A stretch of DNA of 46,546 nucleotides, taken from NCBI GenBank assembly GCA_036149055.1, contig JAYZQJ010000167.1:1-46546 (forward strand), given 5' to 3'. The translations under genes were made by a program, and so were the position numbers. The notes under the pieces are model-generated. The model saw only the letters and a list, made by a program, of their open reading frames with translations, was not told the origin of the DNA and made no database searches. The DNA is from Myxococcota bacterium. GTDB taxonomy: Bacteria > Myxococcota_A > Polyangia > Polyangiales > Sandaracinaceae. This document shows, one piece after another, positions 19,458-28,729 of this stretch. Position 1 is the first letter of the stretch, and the number at the start of each line of letters is the position of its first letter.

Positions 19458-20447
19458 ATGGCGCGACGGGGCTCGATTCACGACCGGCTGTTCCAGCGCA
19501 CCTTCCGCGACCCCGCGGCGGCGGGCGCGTTGCTGCGGGCGATCCTGCCGGCTCCCCTCACCGGCGCCGTCGACTGGGGCACGCTCACTCCATTGTCGAG
19601 CCGCAGCGTCGATCGGCGCCTGGGTCTTCGCGAGGGAGACCTCCTCTTTCGCGCGCTCGCCGACGGCGCCGAGGTCCTGCTCTACGTGCTGCTGGAGCAC
19701 CAGTCGAAGTCGGACCGGCCCATCGCGCGGCGGCTCCTGAGCTACACGACCGGCACCTGGGACGTGTTCGTGGACCGCGAGAGCGAGCGGCTGCCCTGGG
19801 TGGTGCCGGTGGTCTTTCACCAGGGCCGATCGCCCTGGAGCGCGCCCACGGACCTCGCGGAGCTCATCCAGCTCCCCTCGGATACGGCGGGGCTCCCGGT
19901 GCCGAGCTTCGGCTACGTCGTGGAGGAGCTCCGGCTGTGGTCGGCGGGCGACCTGCTGCGCCGCGCGTTGCCCGCTTACGCGGCGTTGACCCTGTGGGCG
20001 CTGCGCACCGCGACCGATCGCTCGTTCGCGCAGACCATCGGGCTGCTCGGCCATCTCGCCGACGAGCTGGTCCGGACGGCGACGGGGCGCGAGGCGTTCG
20101 AGTCGATCCTGAACTATCTTACGGACGCGACCGACGAGGATCTGGTCGTGCTGACGACGGTGGTGGAGGAGCTGCCGGAGCCGTCGCGGGAGGTCGCCAT
20201 GAGCGCGAGAGATCGGTTGATCGAGATCGGCATCGAGCAGGGCATCGAGCAGGGCATCGAGCAGGGGCTCGAGCAGGGGATCGACAAGGGCATGCACGGC
20301 ATGCTGCGGAAGCAGCTGATGCTCCGCTTCGGCGACCTCCCCACGTGGGTCGAGGAGCGCCTCGCGCAGGCCGACCGCGCGACGCTCGAGCGCCTCGGAG
20401 AGCGCCTCTTGACCGCCGCCTCCCTCGAAGAGCTGTTCCGCTGCTAG
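19458..20447 (+). CDS. Rpn family recombination-promoting nuclease / YhgA-like putative transposase with DUF4351-like tail
   Basis: HDRLFQRTF, DLLF, YVLLEHQS (PD-(D/E)xQ core), RLLSY, LPWVVPVVFHQG, GIEQ repeats, LRKQLMLRFGDLP...SLEELF. Confidence 0.9.
   Translation: MARRGSIHDRLFQRTFRDPAAAGALLRAILPAPLTGAVDWGTLTPLSSRSVDRRLGLREGDLLFRALADGAEVLLYVLLEHQSKSDRPIARRLLSYTTGTWDVFVDRESERLPWVVPVVFHQGRSPWSAPTDLAELIQLPSDTAGLPVPSFGYVVEELRLWSAGDLLRRALPAYAALTLWALRTATDRSFAQTIGLLGHLADELVRTATGREAFESILNYLTDATDEDLVVLTTVVEELPEPSREVAMSARDRLIEIGIEQGIEQGIEQGLEQGIDKGMHGMLRKQLMLRFGDLPTWVEERLAQADRATLERLGERLLTAASLEELFRC
20199..20447 (+). CDS. Putative nested in-frame small protein (RpnS-type intragenic antitoxin), 82 aa
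   Basis: GGGAGGT at 20188-20194 lies 4 nt before the in-frame ATG at 20199 (MSARDRLIEIGIEQG). Confidence 0.6.
   Translation: MSARDRLIEIGIEQGIEQGIEQGLEQGIDKGMHGMLRKQLMLRFGDLPTWVEERLAQADRATLERLGERLLTAASLEELFRC
20229..20288 (+). repeat. Five 12-bp coding repeats (GIEQ/GLEQ/GIDK) in rpn
   Basis: GGCATCGAGCAG x3, then GGGCTCGAGCAG and GGGATCGACAAG. Confidence 0.85.
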
Positions 20448-21295
20448 CGGCTCGCCTGGCGGCCGTGGAAGCGGATGGCGATCGTGGTGTCGATGTACTG
20501 GCTCGCCACCTCCTCGGGGGGAGGCGGGATGCGCTGGTCGGTGGCCTGCAGCCGCGTGATCTGCTCGATGACCGACTGGTCGAAGAGGGGGTCGCCGCTC
20601 GAGCGCTGGATCTCGAAGGAGACGATCTCGAGGTTGGGGCCGATGCGGATGCGCGCGTGCGCGACCAGGCTCGAGGCGGCCTCCTGGGAGACGGTGACCG
20701 GGAGACGCCAGCCGCGTCGGAACATCGAGCTGACCCGGCCGCGGTAGATGTCGCCCTCGGTCCCCTCGGTCTCGGTGCCCTCCTCGATGCCGTCGGGGCT
20801 GCCCTCGCGCTCCCGCTCCTCGCCGATCTCCGCGAAGATCCGGGAGCGGTTCAGCACGTCGCGGAGGAGCTCGTCCTCGACCGCCTCGGGCGGGACCTCG
20901 ACGCGCTCGGTCTCCTCGGCGCGCTCGAGGGGCGTATCCTCGGTGGGGACCTGCGAGGGCTGGCGCGGCGCGGTGTCCAGGAGCGGGACCTCGCGGTTCG
21001 GGAGCTCGTCCTCGAAGTCGCGGCCGAGCTGGACGAAGCGCGCCTCGATGATGTCCTCGTCCTCGAGGATCGCCTCGGGCTGCTGCGCGAGCTCGTCGGT
21101 GAGCCCGACCGCCTCACCGAGGACCCACACGAGGCCCATCAGCACCGCGAGGAGCCACACGCCGAGCGGCAGCCCGATCATCGTGACGAGGCCGCCGACG
21201 AGCTCGAGCACGCCGAACCAGCTCCAGCCGAGCGCGGTCTCGGGGCGACCGTCGCGCGGCTCGACGTGGAACCGCGAGGGCGAGGCGTAGTTCAT
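20444..21295 (-). CDS. TolA/TonB-like energy transducer (N-terminal TM, C-terminal TonB_C-like domain)
   Basis: Hydrophobic N-terminal segment, acidic linker, YRGRV...RRGWRLP and IQRSSGDPLFDQSV; ATGA-coupled to tolR. Confidence 0.75.
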   Translation of the reverse strand: MNYASPSRFHVEPRDGRPETALGWSWFGVLELVGGLVTMIGLPLGVWLLAVLMGLVWVLGEAVGLTDELAQQPEAILEDEDIIEARFVQLGRDFEDELPNREVPLLDTAPRQPSQVPTEDTPLERAEETERVEVPPEAVEDELLRDVLNRSRIFAEIGEEREREGSPDGIEEGTETEGTEGDIYRGRVSSMFRRGWRLPVTVSQEAASSLVAHARIRIGPNLEIVSFEIQRSSGDPLFDQSVIEQITRLQATDQRIPPPPEEVASQYIDTTIAIRFHGRQASR

Positions 21296-21798
21296 GGCGA
21301 GGCTTCCGGCGCGTCCTCGGGCGGCAACATGACGCCCTCGTCCGACGGATCGGTGACCAGACCCACGTGCTCGACGCCGGCTTGGCGCACGATGGCCAGC
21401 ACCTGCGCGACGAAGCCGTACTTCACGTTCTCGTCGGCCTGGATGTAGACCTCGTCGGCGCCCTGGATGAGCCGGTTGCTCTGGATGAGCGAGCGCAGCT
21501 CGTCGTAGCGCTGGTAGGGGAGCTCGACCGGCTCGGCCGCCTCGCCCTCGACCTCCTGCCCGACCACCCGGATGAAGACGTGCCGGCCCGCGTCGATGAT
21601 CAGCAGGAGCTTCTCGTCCTCGAGCGGCATGGGCTCGGCGTCCGCGTCCGGCAGATCGACCTCGACGCCCGCCGTGAGCAGCGGCGCCGTGACCATGAAG
21701 ATGATGAGCAGCACCAGCATGACGTCGACCAGCGGCGTCACGTTGATCTCGCTCAGGGGCGCGCGCGCGCCGCCCCCGCCTCCGGAGCTCATCCCCAT
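21292..21798 (-). CDS. tolR: TolR/ExbD family protein
   Basis: [43 protein letters not shown]. Confidence 0.9.
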   Translation of the reverse strand: MGMSSGGGGGARAPLSEINVTPLVDVMLVLLIIFMVTAPLLTAGVEVDLPDADAEPMPLEDEKLLLIIDAGRHVFIRVVGQEVEGEAAEPVELPYQRYDELRSLIQSNRLIQGADEVYIQADENVKYGFVAQVLAIVRQAGVEHVGLVTDPSDEGVMLPPEDAPEASP

Positions 21799-21800
21799 GG

Positions 21801-22535
21801 CTACAGGAAGTGCCTCTTCACGATGTTCAGGTAGTCGTGGGCGAAGGTCTCGACCTCGCTCTCGAGCACCCGCACGCGGCGCACGAAGTAGTTGTAGGCC
21901 ATGACCGCGGGGATCGCGGCCGCCAGCCCGACCGCGGTCACGTAGAGCGCCTCGGCGATCTTCGGGCCGATCACCTCGAGGCTGCCGTCGCCGCCGCCGA
22001 TGTGGTTGAAGACGTCGAGGATGCCGAGCACGGTGCCGAGCAGCCCGATGAAGGGCGCCGTGGAGCCGGTGGTGGCCAGGAACGGCAGGAGCGCCTCGAG
22101 CTTGGTCATCTCGGTGACGCTGGCCCGGCGGAGCGCCCGCTCGATGTTCTCGAGCGAGTCCTCCTCGGCCCCGCCGCTGACCCGGGCGAGCTCCACGTAG
22201 CCGGCGTGGAAGACCTTGGCGACCGGGGAGCCGCCGAGCTGCTTGATGCCGGAGTAGAGGGTCTCGAGCCGCTGCGGCTCCCAGGTCGCGCCGCCGTCCT
22301 CGCCCCAGAACTGGTCGAGGAACTTCTGGCTCTGCCGCGACGCGGACAGCATGCGGACGGCCTTGACGCCCATGATGAAGAAGCTGACCAGGAACATCAC
22401 GATCAGCACCACCACGAGGAACTTCACCTCCGGCGGCGCGTTGAGCATGACGTCCCAGAAGCCGGTGTCCGCGGCGACGGTGCTCGCGGCCTCGGCGGCC
22501 TCCTGCGTGGCCTCTGCTTGAAGAAAGACGGGCAT
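21801..22535 (-). CDS. tolQ: TolQ (MotA/TolQ/ExbB proton channel)
   Basis: [46 protein letters not shown]. Confidence 0.9.
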   Translation of the reverse strand: MPVFLQAEATQEAAEAASTVAADTGFWDVMLNAPPEVKFLVVVLIVMFLVSFFIMGVKAVRMLSASRQSQKFLDQFWGEDGGATWEPQRLETLYSGIKQLGGSPVAKVFHAGYVELARVSGGAEEDSLENIERALRRASVTEMTKLEALLPFLATTGSTAPFIGLLGTVLGILDVFNHIGGGDGSLEVIGPKIAEALYVTAVGLAAAIPAVMAYNYFVRRVRVLESEVETFAHDYLNIVKRHFL

Positions 22536-22547
22536 GATGCGCGGTAC

Positions 22548-23384
22548 CTAGAGCACGGGGCTGGCGGGGGTGTCAACGCGACGTCGGAGAGCCACGAGCG
22601 TGCCGCAGCCCCCGTTGGCTTCGACCCGCGCCTTGCAGCTCATGCGCACCTTCAGCCCGCCCTCGCTCATGCGGCGGTACACCGCCTCGTAGCGCTCCCG
22701 GCCGACCGGGCGGTGCCCGCTCGTGGGGACCGGGTTGTAGGCGTAGAGGTGCGCCCAGACGCCGAGCGGGCGGACCCGCTCCACGAACGCGTCGACGTCG
22801 GCGTCCGAGTCGTTGAGGTCCTTCACCAGGAGGTAGGCGAGGGCGATCTTCTTTCGCCGCGAGCGGCTGAGCGCCGGCAGCTCCTCGCCCAGCACTGCGA
22901 GGAGGGCGTCGAGCGGAGGGCCCTTCGGCACCGCCCGGGCCCGGGTCGCCTCGGTCCCCGCGTGCACCGAGACCGTCAGCCCGTTGTGGTGCAGGTGGAG
23001 GGTCTCGCGCAGCCGCTCGAGGGGGCCGCCGCTGGTGGTCAGGCTCGGGGCCAGGCGCGCCTCGCGGCACCAGTCGATGAAGGCCGGGACGTCCCGGTTG
23101 TGGAGCGGCTCACCCACCCCGCTGATCGTGACCCGCCGGAGCGGGGCCCCGAGCGCCTTCACCGCCTCCACCTGTCCGATGAGCTCGTCGAGGGCAAGCG
23201 GGCGCTGCAGGCCGTCGGCCCCGGACGCGCAGAAGGGACACGCAACCGCGCAGCCGACCTGGCAGGAGATGCAGAGGCTGTCGTCCCGGTAGAGCACCGC
23301 CTCCACCCGGGCGCCGTCCTCGAGGCGCACCTCGAAGCGTCGGTTCTGCTCGCTCCGCGTCTCGGCCAGAAGCTGCACCGGCAT
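22548..23384 (-). CDS. Short RlmN/Cfr-like radical SAM protein
   Basis: LCISCQVGCAVACPFC (CxxxCxxC), SGVGEPLHN, VSVHA, DLNDS, YNPV and C-terminal GGCG; lacks the RlmN N-terminal domain. Confidence 0.8.
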   Translation of the reverse strand: MPVQLLAETRSEQNRRFEVRLEDGARVEAVLYRDDSLCISCQVGCAVACPFCASGADGLQRPLALDELIGQVEAVKALGAPLRRVTISGVGEPLHNRDVPAFIDWCREARLAPSLTTSGGPLERLRETLHLHHNGLTVSVHAGTEATRARAVPKGPPLDALLAVLGEELPALSRSRRKKIALAYLLVKDLNDSDADVDAFVERVRPLGVWAHLYAYNPVPTSGHRPVGRERYEAVYRRMSEGGLKVRMSCKARVEANGGCGTLVALRRRVDTPASPVL

Positions 23385-23517
23385 CGCCGTGGGGGCCTAC
23401 ACCCGTCCGGAGGGGAGAGCCAACCCACCCGGACGTACACCGTCACCCGAGCGTCACGGGCGAACCGGAACGTGAGCCCTCACGCTCCGCCGGCATATAC
23501 TCTTCGCGGCCCGCTTC

Positions 23518-25455
23518 ATGAGCTCTTCGTCGTCCGATCCCGCGTCCCCCTCCGAGCCGCCCCCCTCGAGCGGCCCGAAGCCCCGGATGACGAACCCCGG
23601 GGGCTTCGACGCGCCCACCGTGATCGACCCGCCGGAGGACCTCCCGATCGACGTCGAGCCCCTCGACTCGAACGACTTCGAGCGGGTGACCCTCGTCGAC
23701 CTCCCGACGATCGCCCGCTACGACAAGTACGAGCTGCTCGGGCGGCTGGCCTATGGCGGCATGGCGGAGATCTTCCTCGCGCGGGAGATCGGCCACGTCG
23801 ACACGCGCCGCATGATGGTCGTCAAGCGCGTGCTGCCGCACGTGGCCGAGGATCCGCACTTCGTCGACATGTTCGTCGACGAGGCGCGCCTCGCGATGCA
23901 GCTGGCGCACCCGAACATCTGCCACGTCTACAGCTTCGGCGAGGCGGAGGGCACCTACTACATCGCGATGGAGTGGGTGAACGGGAAGCCCCTCTCCAAG
24001 ATCATCCGGCGCGCGCGCGAGCAGGGCGGGCTGCCGATCCCGCTGGTCCTGAGGGTCATCGCCCAGGTCGCCGAGGCCCTCGACTACGCCCACCGGGCCT
24101 GCGACGCGTCCGGGGAGCCGCTCGGGGTCGTGCACCGCGACGTCAGCCCCCAGAACGTGATGGTCAGCTACGACGGCGTGGTGAAGCTGCTCGACTTCGG
24201 CATCGCGAAGGCGGCCAGCCACAGCACCCGCACCGAGGCCGGCGTCATCAAGGGCAAGTTCGCCTACATGTCGCCGCAGCAGTGCGTCGGCGAGCCGATC
24301 GACGCCCGCGCCGACATCTTCGCGCTCGGCATCTGCTTGTTCGAGGCGCTGACGGGCAAGAACCCGTTCCGGCGCAAGACCGAGTTCGACACGATGACGC
24401 GCATCGTCGGCGACCCGACGCCGGACGCGCGCGAGCGGCGCCCCGAGATCCCGGACGCGATCCAGGACGTCATCGACAAGGCGCTGATGAAGCAGCCCGA
24501 GCGACGCTTCCAGAGCGCGGGCGAGATGCAGATGGCGATCGAGGCGGTGATCCCGACCCTCGGCATGCCGGTGAACTCCAGCCGGGTCGGCGAGTACGTC
24601 TCGCGGCTCTTCGCCGACGAGGTGCGCGACGGGCCGTCCCTCGACACCCGCATCAAGGAGGCGCCGCCTCCGCTCGCCGGCACCGGGCAGTCGGGGGACG
24701 ACGCCTCCTCGGAGGACTCCCGCCGCCCGCGCCCCCCCGGCTCGACCCAGCTGGACGCCGAGGCGATGCCGCCGAGCGCGTCGATCCCTCCCAAGAAGTC
24801 GGGCCTCGGCGCGGCGGTCGTGGCCCTGCTGCTCGTCGCCCTCGTCGGGCTCGCGGCCATCGGCGGGGTGGGCGCCTGGCTGCTCCTCGGGCGCGGGGAC
24901 GCCGATCCGGTGGCGGTGCAGACGCGCCCGACGCCCGCCCCCGCCGCCCCGGCCGCGCCGGCCGCGCCCGCGCTCCCCGCCGAGCCGACCGGCCCCCTGC
25001 CCGGCTCGGTCTTCCTGGAGAGCGACCCGCCGGGCGGCACGGTCACCTTCGGCGATCGCGGCGAGGTGGGCACGACGCCGCTCGAGATCGGGATGATCCC
25101 GCCCGGCACCTACGACGTGACGGTGTCGCTCGACGGCCACGAGACCTACGAGGGCCGGATCACCGTGGTGGCCGGTCGCCGCGCCGCGCTCACCGCCGAT
25201 CTCGAGCGGGCCCGCCGTCGCGCGGCGGCGCGGAGGCCGCAGGGCCCGCCGGGGCAGCTCTCGCTCAACACCCGGCCGTGGTCGAAGGTCTACCTCGGCC
25301 GCCGCTTGCTCGGCACCACCCCGATCGGCCGGGTGGAGGTCCCGAGCGGCACCGTGCGCCTCCGGCTCGTCGACCGGGACGGCGCCGAGCACCGCCGCGC
25401 CGTCCGCGTGCCCGCCGGCGGCCACGTCACCGAGTCCTTCGACCTGCGCCAGTGA
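23518..25455 (+). CDS. Membrane Ser/Thr protein kinase with C-terminal PEGA-like domains
   Basis: GGMAEIF, VVKR, HRDVSPQN, DFGIAK, KGKFAYMSP; TM segment; ESDPPGGTV...GTTPL and NTRPWSKVY...LGTTP. TATACT at 23496-23501 upstream. Confidence 0.92.
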   Translation: MSSSSSDPASPSEPPPSSGPKPRMTNPGGFDAPTVIDPPEDLPIDVEPLDSNDFERVTLVDLPTIARYDKYELLGRLAYGGMAEIFLAREIGHVDTRRMMVVKRVLPHVAEDPHFVDMFVDEARLAMQLAHPNICHVYSFGEAEGTYYIAMEWVNGKPLSKIIRRAREQGGLPIPLVLRVIAQVAEALDYAHRACDASGEPLGVVHRDVSPQNVMVSYDGVVKLLDFGIAKAASHSTRTEAGVIKGKFAYMSPQQCVGEPIDARADIFALGICLFEALTGKNPFRRKTEFDTMTRIVGDPTPDARERRPEIPDAIQDVIDKALMKQPERRFQSAGEMQMAIEAVIPTLGMPVNSSRVGEYVSRLFADEVRDGPSLDTRIKEAPPPLAGTGQSGDDASSEDSRRPRPPGSTQLDAEAMPPSASIPPKKSGLGAAVVALLLVALVGLAAIGGVGAWLLLGRGDADPVAVQTRPTPAPAAPAAPAAPALPAEPTGPLPGSVFLESDPPGGTVTFGDRGEVGTTPLEIGMIPPGTYDVTVSLDGHETYEGRITVVAGRRAALTADLERARRRAAARRPQGPPGQLSLNTRPWSKVYLGRRLLGTTPIGRVEVPSGTVRLRLVDRDGAEHRRAVRVPAGGHVTESFDLRQ

Positions 25456-25495
25456 GGGTTCCACCGACGCCCGGGCGTGCCATCATCGAGGACGC

Positions 25496-28400
25496 ATGAG
25501 CGCGCGGTACGAGCTGGTGGAGCTCCTCGGCGTCGGCGGGATGGGTCGGGTCTACCGCGCCGTGCATCACCCGAGCGGCGAGGAGGTCGCCGTCAAGCTG
25601 CTCCACCCCGAGGTGCGGGAGGATCCCCTCCACGCGCGCCTCTTCCTCGACGAGGCCACCGCGGCCGCGAAGATCGACGATCCGCGCATCGTGCGGCTGC
25701 TCGACCTCGGGCGCGACGAGGCGGGCTTCCCGTTCCTGGTGATGCAGCTCGCGCGCGGGCCCTCGCTCGAGTCGCTCATCGACGAGTGGATCGGGTGGCG
25801 GCCGATCGCGGCCGCGCTCGTGGGGACCCTCGAGGGGCTGGCCGCCGCGCACGCCGCGGGGGTGGTGCACCGCGACCTGAAGCCCGCGAACGTGCTGCTC
25901 GAGCCGATGACCGGCAGCGCGCAGATCCTCGACTTCGGGGTGGCGGCCCTGATCGACCCGCTGAAGGACCAGAGCCGCGACGGAGTCGTCGGCACGCCCG
26001 AGTACATGCCGCCCGAGCAGCTCCTCGGGCGAGGCCCGTACGGGCCCTGGACCGATCTCTACGCGATCGGCGTGATCCTCGCGCAGGTGGTCCGGGGGCG
26101 CTCGCCGTTCGCGACCCAGGACAGCCTGACCGGCTTGCTCCTCGCGAAGGCCAACCATCACCCGCCAGCGATTCCGCAGGGGGCCCGAGAGGGGCTCCAG
26201 GTGCCGGCCGGGCTGCAGCAGCTGATCGAGCGGCTGCTGAGCCCTCACCCGAGAGAGCGGCCGCGGTTCGCGATCGCGGTGGCGGACGAGCTCCGCCGGC
26301 TGGCCGAGCAGGTGGTCGACGAGGTGCCGCCGCACGCGGTCGGCATCTTCGAGTCGTCCGACAGCGCCCAGCTCACCACGCTCGACACGCGAAGCGATCC
26401 GACCCAGCCGGGCGGGTCGGGGCTGGCCGGGATCGACCTGCCCTTCGATCTGCCTGCGCCGACCCACGTCGAGCTCGGCGCCGCGCTCGCCCGACTGCGC
26501 CCGCCGCCGATGGTGGGGCGCGAGCCGGAGCGCCGCGCGCTCGAGGAGGCCATCGACGAGGTCTCCCGGACGCAGCTCCCGCGGCTGGTCGCGCTGGTCG
26601 GAGAGGCGGGCATCGGCAAGAGCCGGCTGGCCCGCTGGGGCCTCGGGCACGTCGAGCGCACCGGGAAGATGGAGGGCGCCTCCGGCGGCTACGACGCCAG
26701 CGGCGCCGACCTCGCGGGCGGGCTGCGGCACGCGCTGCGCAGGCTGGTCGGGGTGCCGACCGAGGGCTGGGTCGACAGCTGGAGCTGGTTCTCGGAGGAG
26801 CCCGGCCTCGACATCCAGGCGCTCGTCCGGTACCTGCGCGCCGAGGAGGGCGACGAGCCGATGGCCGCCGACGCCGTCGCCTCGCTCGCGCACGCCACCT
26901 TGCGCGCGGTCGGGCGGTCTCGGCCCCTCTTCTTCTGGCTCGACGACCTCGCGTGGGCCCGGGACGGCGCGATCGATCTCGCGGCGCGCCTGCTCTCCGC
27001 CCGCGACGTGCCGGTGCTCGTGGTCGCGACCTTCCGGCCGGGCGCGGCCCAGGCGCCGCAGGTGCGCGACAAGATCGCCGCGCTCCTCGAGCACCCGCGC
27101 GCCCGGACGATCACGCTCGGGGAGCTAGGCTACGAGGCGCGGACGCACCTCCTCGAGGGCACCGCGCCGCTCGCGGAGGGGATCGCCTCGTCGCTGGCCG
27201 AGCGCCTCGAGGGCTCGCCGCTCCTGCTCGAGCAGCTGGTGCGCGACTGGATCGATCGCGGGCTCCTCGTGCCGGAGGACGGCGTGCTCCGGGCGCGGGA
27301 CGGCGCCTCGGTGGACGAGCTGCTCGTGGAGCGCCCGCTGGCCGCGCTCCTCGCCGACCGCGTGGAGGAGGTGTTCGCCGCGTTCGGCGCGCGCGCCTCG
27401 CTCGCCGAGGCGGTGCTGGCCCGCGCCGCGCTGCTCGGCGTTCGCTTCGAGCGGTCCGCGCTGGCCGCCGCGTGCGCCAGCCGCCCGGCGCTCGCCGGCG
27501 TGCTCGACGAGGTGCTCGACCAGGCGCTCCTGCTCGGCGTCATCCGGTCGCAGCGGGGGCGCGTGTACGCGTTCGATCACGGGCTGCTGCACGAGGCGGT
27601 GGTGGCGCGGGTCGATCGCGCCGCCGGCAAGGAGGGCGCCTTCGTGGACGCGGCGAACGGTCTGCACGCCCGCTACGGCAAGGAGCGCCCGGACATCGCC
27701 GCCATCACCTCCGACCTCCTCTGGCGCGCGGGCGAGCGCGAGCTGGCCTGGGATCGGCGGCTGCGCGCGATCACCCGCGCGGCGTGGGCGGGCGACGACT
27801 TCGTGGCCGGCGGCTACCTGACCGTGGCCCGCGAGTGGGCGCGGCTCGACCCCGATCGCGCGGCGCACGTCGAGCACGTGGAGGCGCGCGTGCACTACTT
27901 CGCGCTCCGCTACGAGCGCGCGCGCGAGCACCTCGCGGCGGCGCGTCGGCTGGCCGAGGCCGCGGGCGACACCATCTTCGTCTGGCGTTGCCGGGGCCTC
28001 GAGGCCGACCTCGCCTTCTACCAGGACCGCTTCTCCGAGGCGGCGTGGCTGGCCCGCGAGATCTGGGACGGATGCCGCGGCGAGGACGTCTCCTCCCTCG
28101 ACGCGCGGCAGCAGGGCGCGCACCGGCTCGCCGATCTCGCGGTCCTGCGCGACGCGCTGCCGGAGGCGCTGGACTGGTTCGGGCGCGCGCGCGAGGTGGC
28201 GGAGGCCTCGGGCAAGCCCTGGCGCGTCCGGGTGGAGATGCTCAACCAGGCCGAGGTGCTGGCGGCGATGGATCGGATGGACGAGGCGCAGGCGCTCCGG
28301 GACGAGGTGCTCGCGCTGGCCCGGCAGGAGCGAGACGACGACGGCGTGACCGCGGCCCGCGAGGTCCAGGCGCGTATGGACGCGGTGGCCGGGCGCGGGG

Positions 28401-28729
28401 AGCGGGCGCTCGAGTTCCTCTCGCCTCGGGTCGAGGAGGTGCGCGCCCACGGAGACGCCTGGCGGCTGACCAGCCTGCTCGCCCAGGTCGCGCTCGCGCG
28501 GGCCCAGATCGGCGAAGGCGTCGAGGCGGCGGTCGACGAGCTCGCGCGCGCCTTCGAGGCGGTGCCGCACGAGGAGGCGCTGACCTTGCGCGCGATGCGT
28601 GATCTCGCCGCGCGCCTGGAGGACACCGGCCAGTTCCGGCTCGCCCGCTGCGTCGACGCGCTGCTCGAGGCGCGCCGCGAGGTCTGGCGCGAGGGCTTTC
28701 AGCGCACCGTCGACACGGCCACCCGGTAG
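25496..28729 (+). CDS. Ser/Thr kinase fused to a STAND/AAA_16 NTPase and a TPR-like C-terminus
   Basis: GVGGMGRVY, VAVK, HRDLKPAN, DFG, GTPEYMPPEQ; VGREPE, Walker A GEAGIGKS, Walker B WLDDLAWA; YAFDHGLLHE; helical repeats. Confidence 0.9.
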   Translation: MSARYELVELLGVGGMGRVYRAVHHPSGEEVAVKLLHPEVREDPLHARLFLDEATAAAKIDDPRIVRLLDLGRDEAGFPFLVMQLARGPSLESLIDEWIGWRPIAAALVGTLEGLAAAHAAGVVHRDLKPANVLLEPMTGSAQILDFGVAALIDPLKDQSRDGVVGTPEYMPPEQLLGRGPYGPWTDLYAIGVILAQVVRGRSPFATQDSLTGLLLAKANHHPPAIPQGAREGLQVPAGLQQLIERLLSPHPRERPRFAIAVADELRRLAEQVVDEVPPHAVGIFESSDSAQLTTLDTRSDPTQPGGSGLAGIDLPFDLPAPTHVELGAALARLRPPPMVGREPERRALEEAIDEVSRTQLPRLVALVGEAGIGKSRLARWGLGHVERTGKMEGASGGYDASGADLAGGLRHALRRLVGVPTEGWVDSWSWFSEEPGLDIQALVRYLRAEEGDEPMAADAVASLAHATLRAVGRSRPLFFWLDDLAWARDGAIDLAARLLSARDVPVLVVATFRPGAAQAPQVRDKIAALLEHPRARTITLGELGYEARTHLLEGTAPLAEGIASSLAERLEGSPLLLEQLVRDWIDRGLLVPEDGVLRARDGASVDELLVERPLAALLADRVEEVFAAFGARASLAEAVLARAALLGVRFERSALAAACASRPALAGVLDEVLDQALLLGVIRSQRGRVYAFDHGLLHEAVVARVDRAAGKEGAFVDAANGLHARYGKERPDIAAITSDLLWRAGERELAWDRRLRAITRAAWAGDDFVAGGYLTVAREWARLDPDRAAHVEHVEARVHYFALRYERAREHLAAARRLAEAAGDTIFVWRCRGLEADLAFYQDRFSEAAWLAREIWDGCRGEDVSSLDARQQGAHRLADLAVLRDALPEALDWFGRAREVAEASGKPWRVRVEMLNQAEVLAAMDRMDEAQALRDEVLALARQERDDDGVTAAREVQARMDAVAGRGERALEFLSPRVEEVRAHGDAWRLTSLLAQVALARAQIGEGVEAAVDELARAFEAVPHEEALTLRAMRDLAARLEDTGQFRLARCVDALLEARREVWREGFQRTVDTATR

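Noticed and set aside
19458..20447. rpn as an IS element
   Set aside because: No terminal inverted repeats or target duplication found; Rpn/YhgA proteins are not demonstrated transposases.
21292..22535. tolQ/tolR as the AglRQS gliding motor
   Set aside because: Only one TolR-like gene, and the cluster includes tolA-like and tolB genes, fitting Tol-Pal better.
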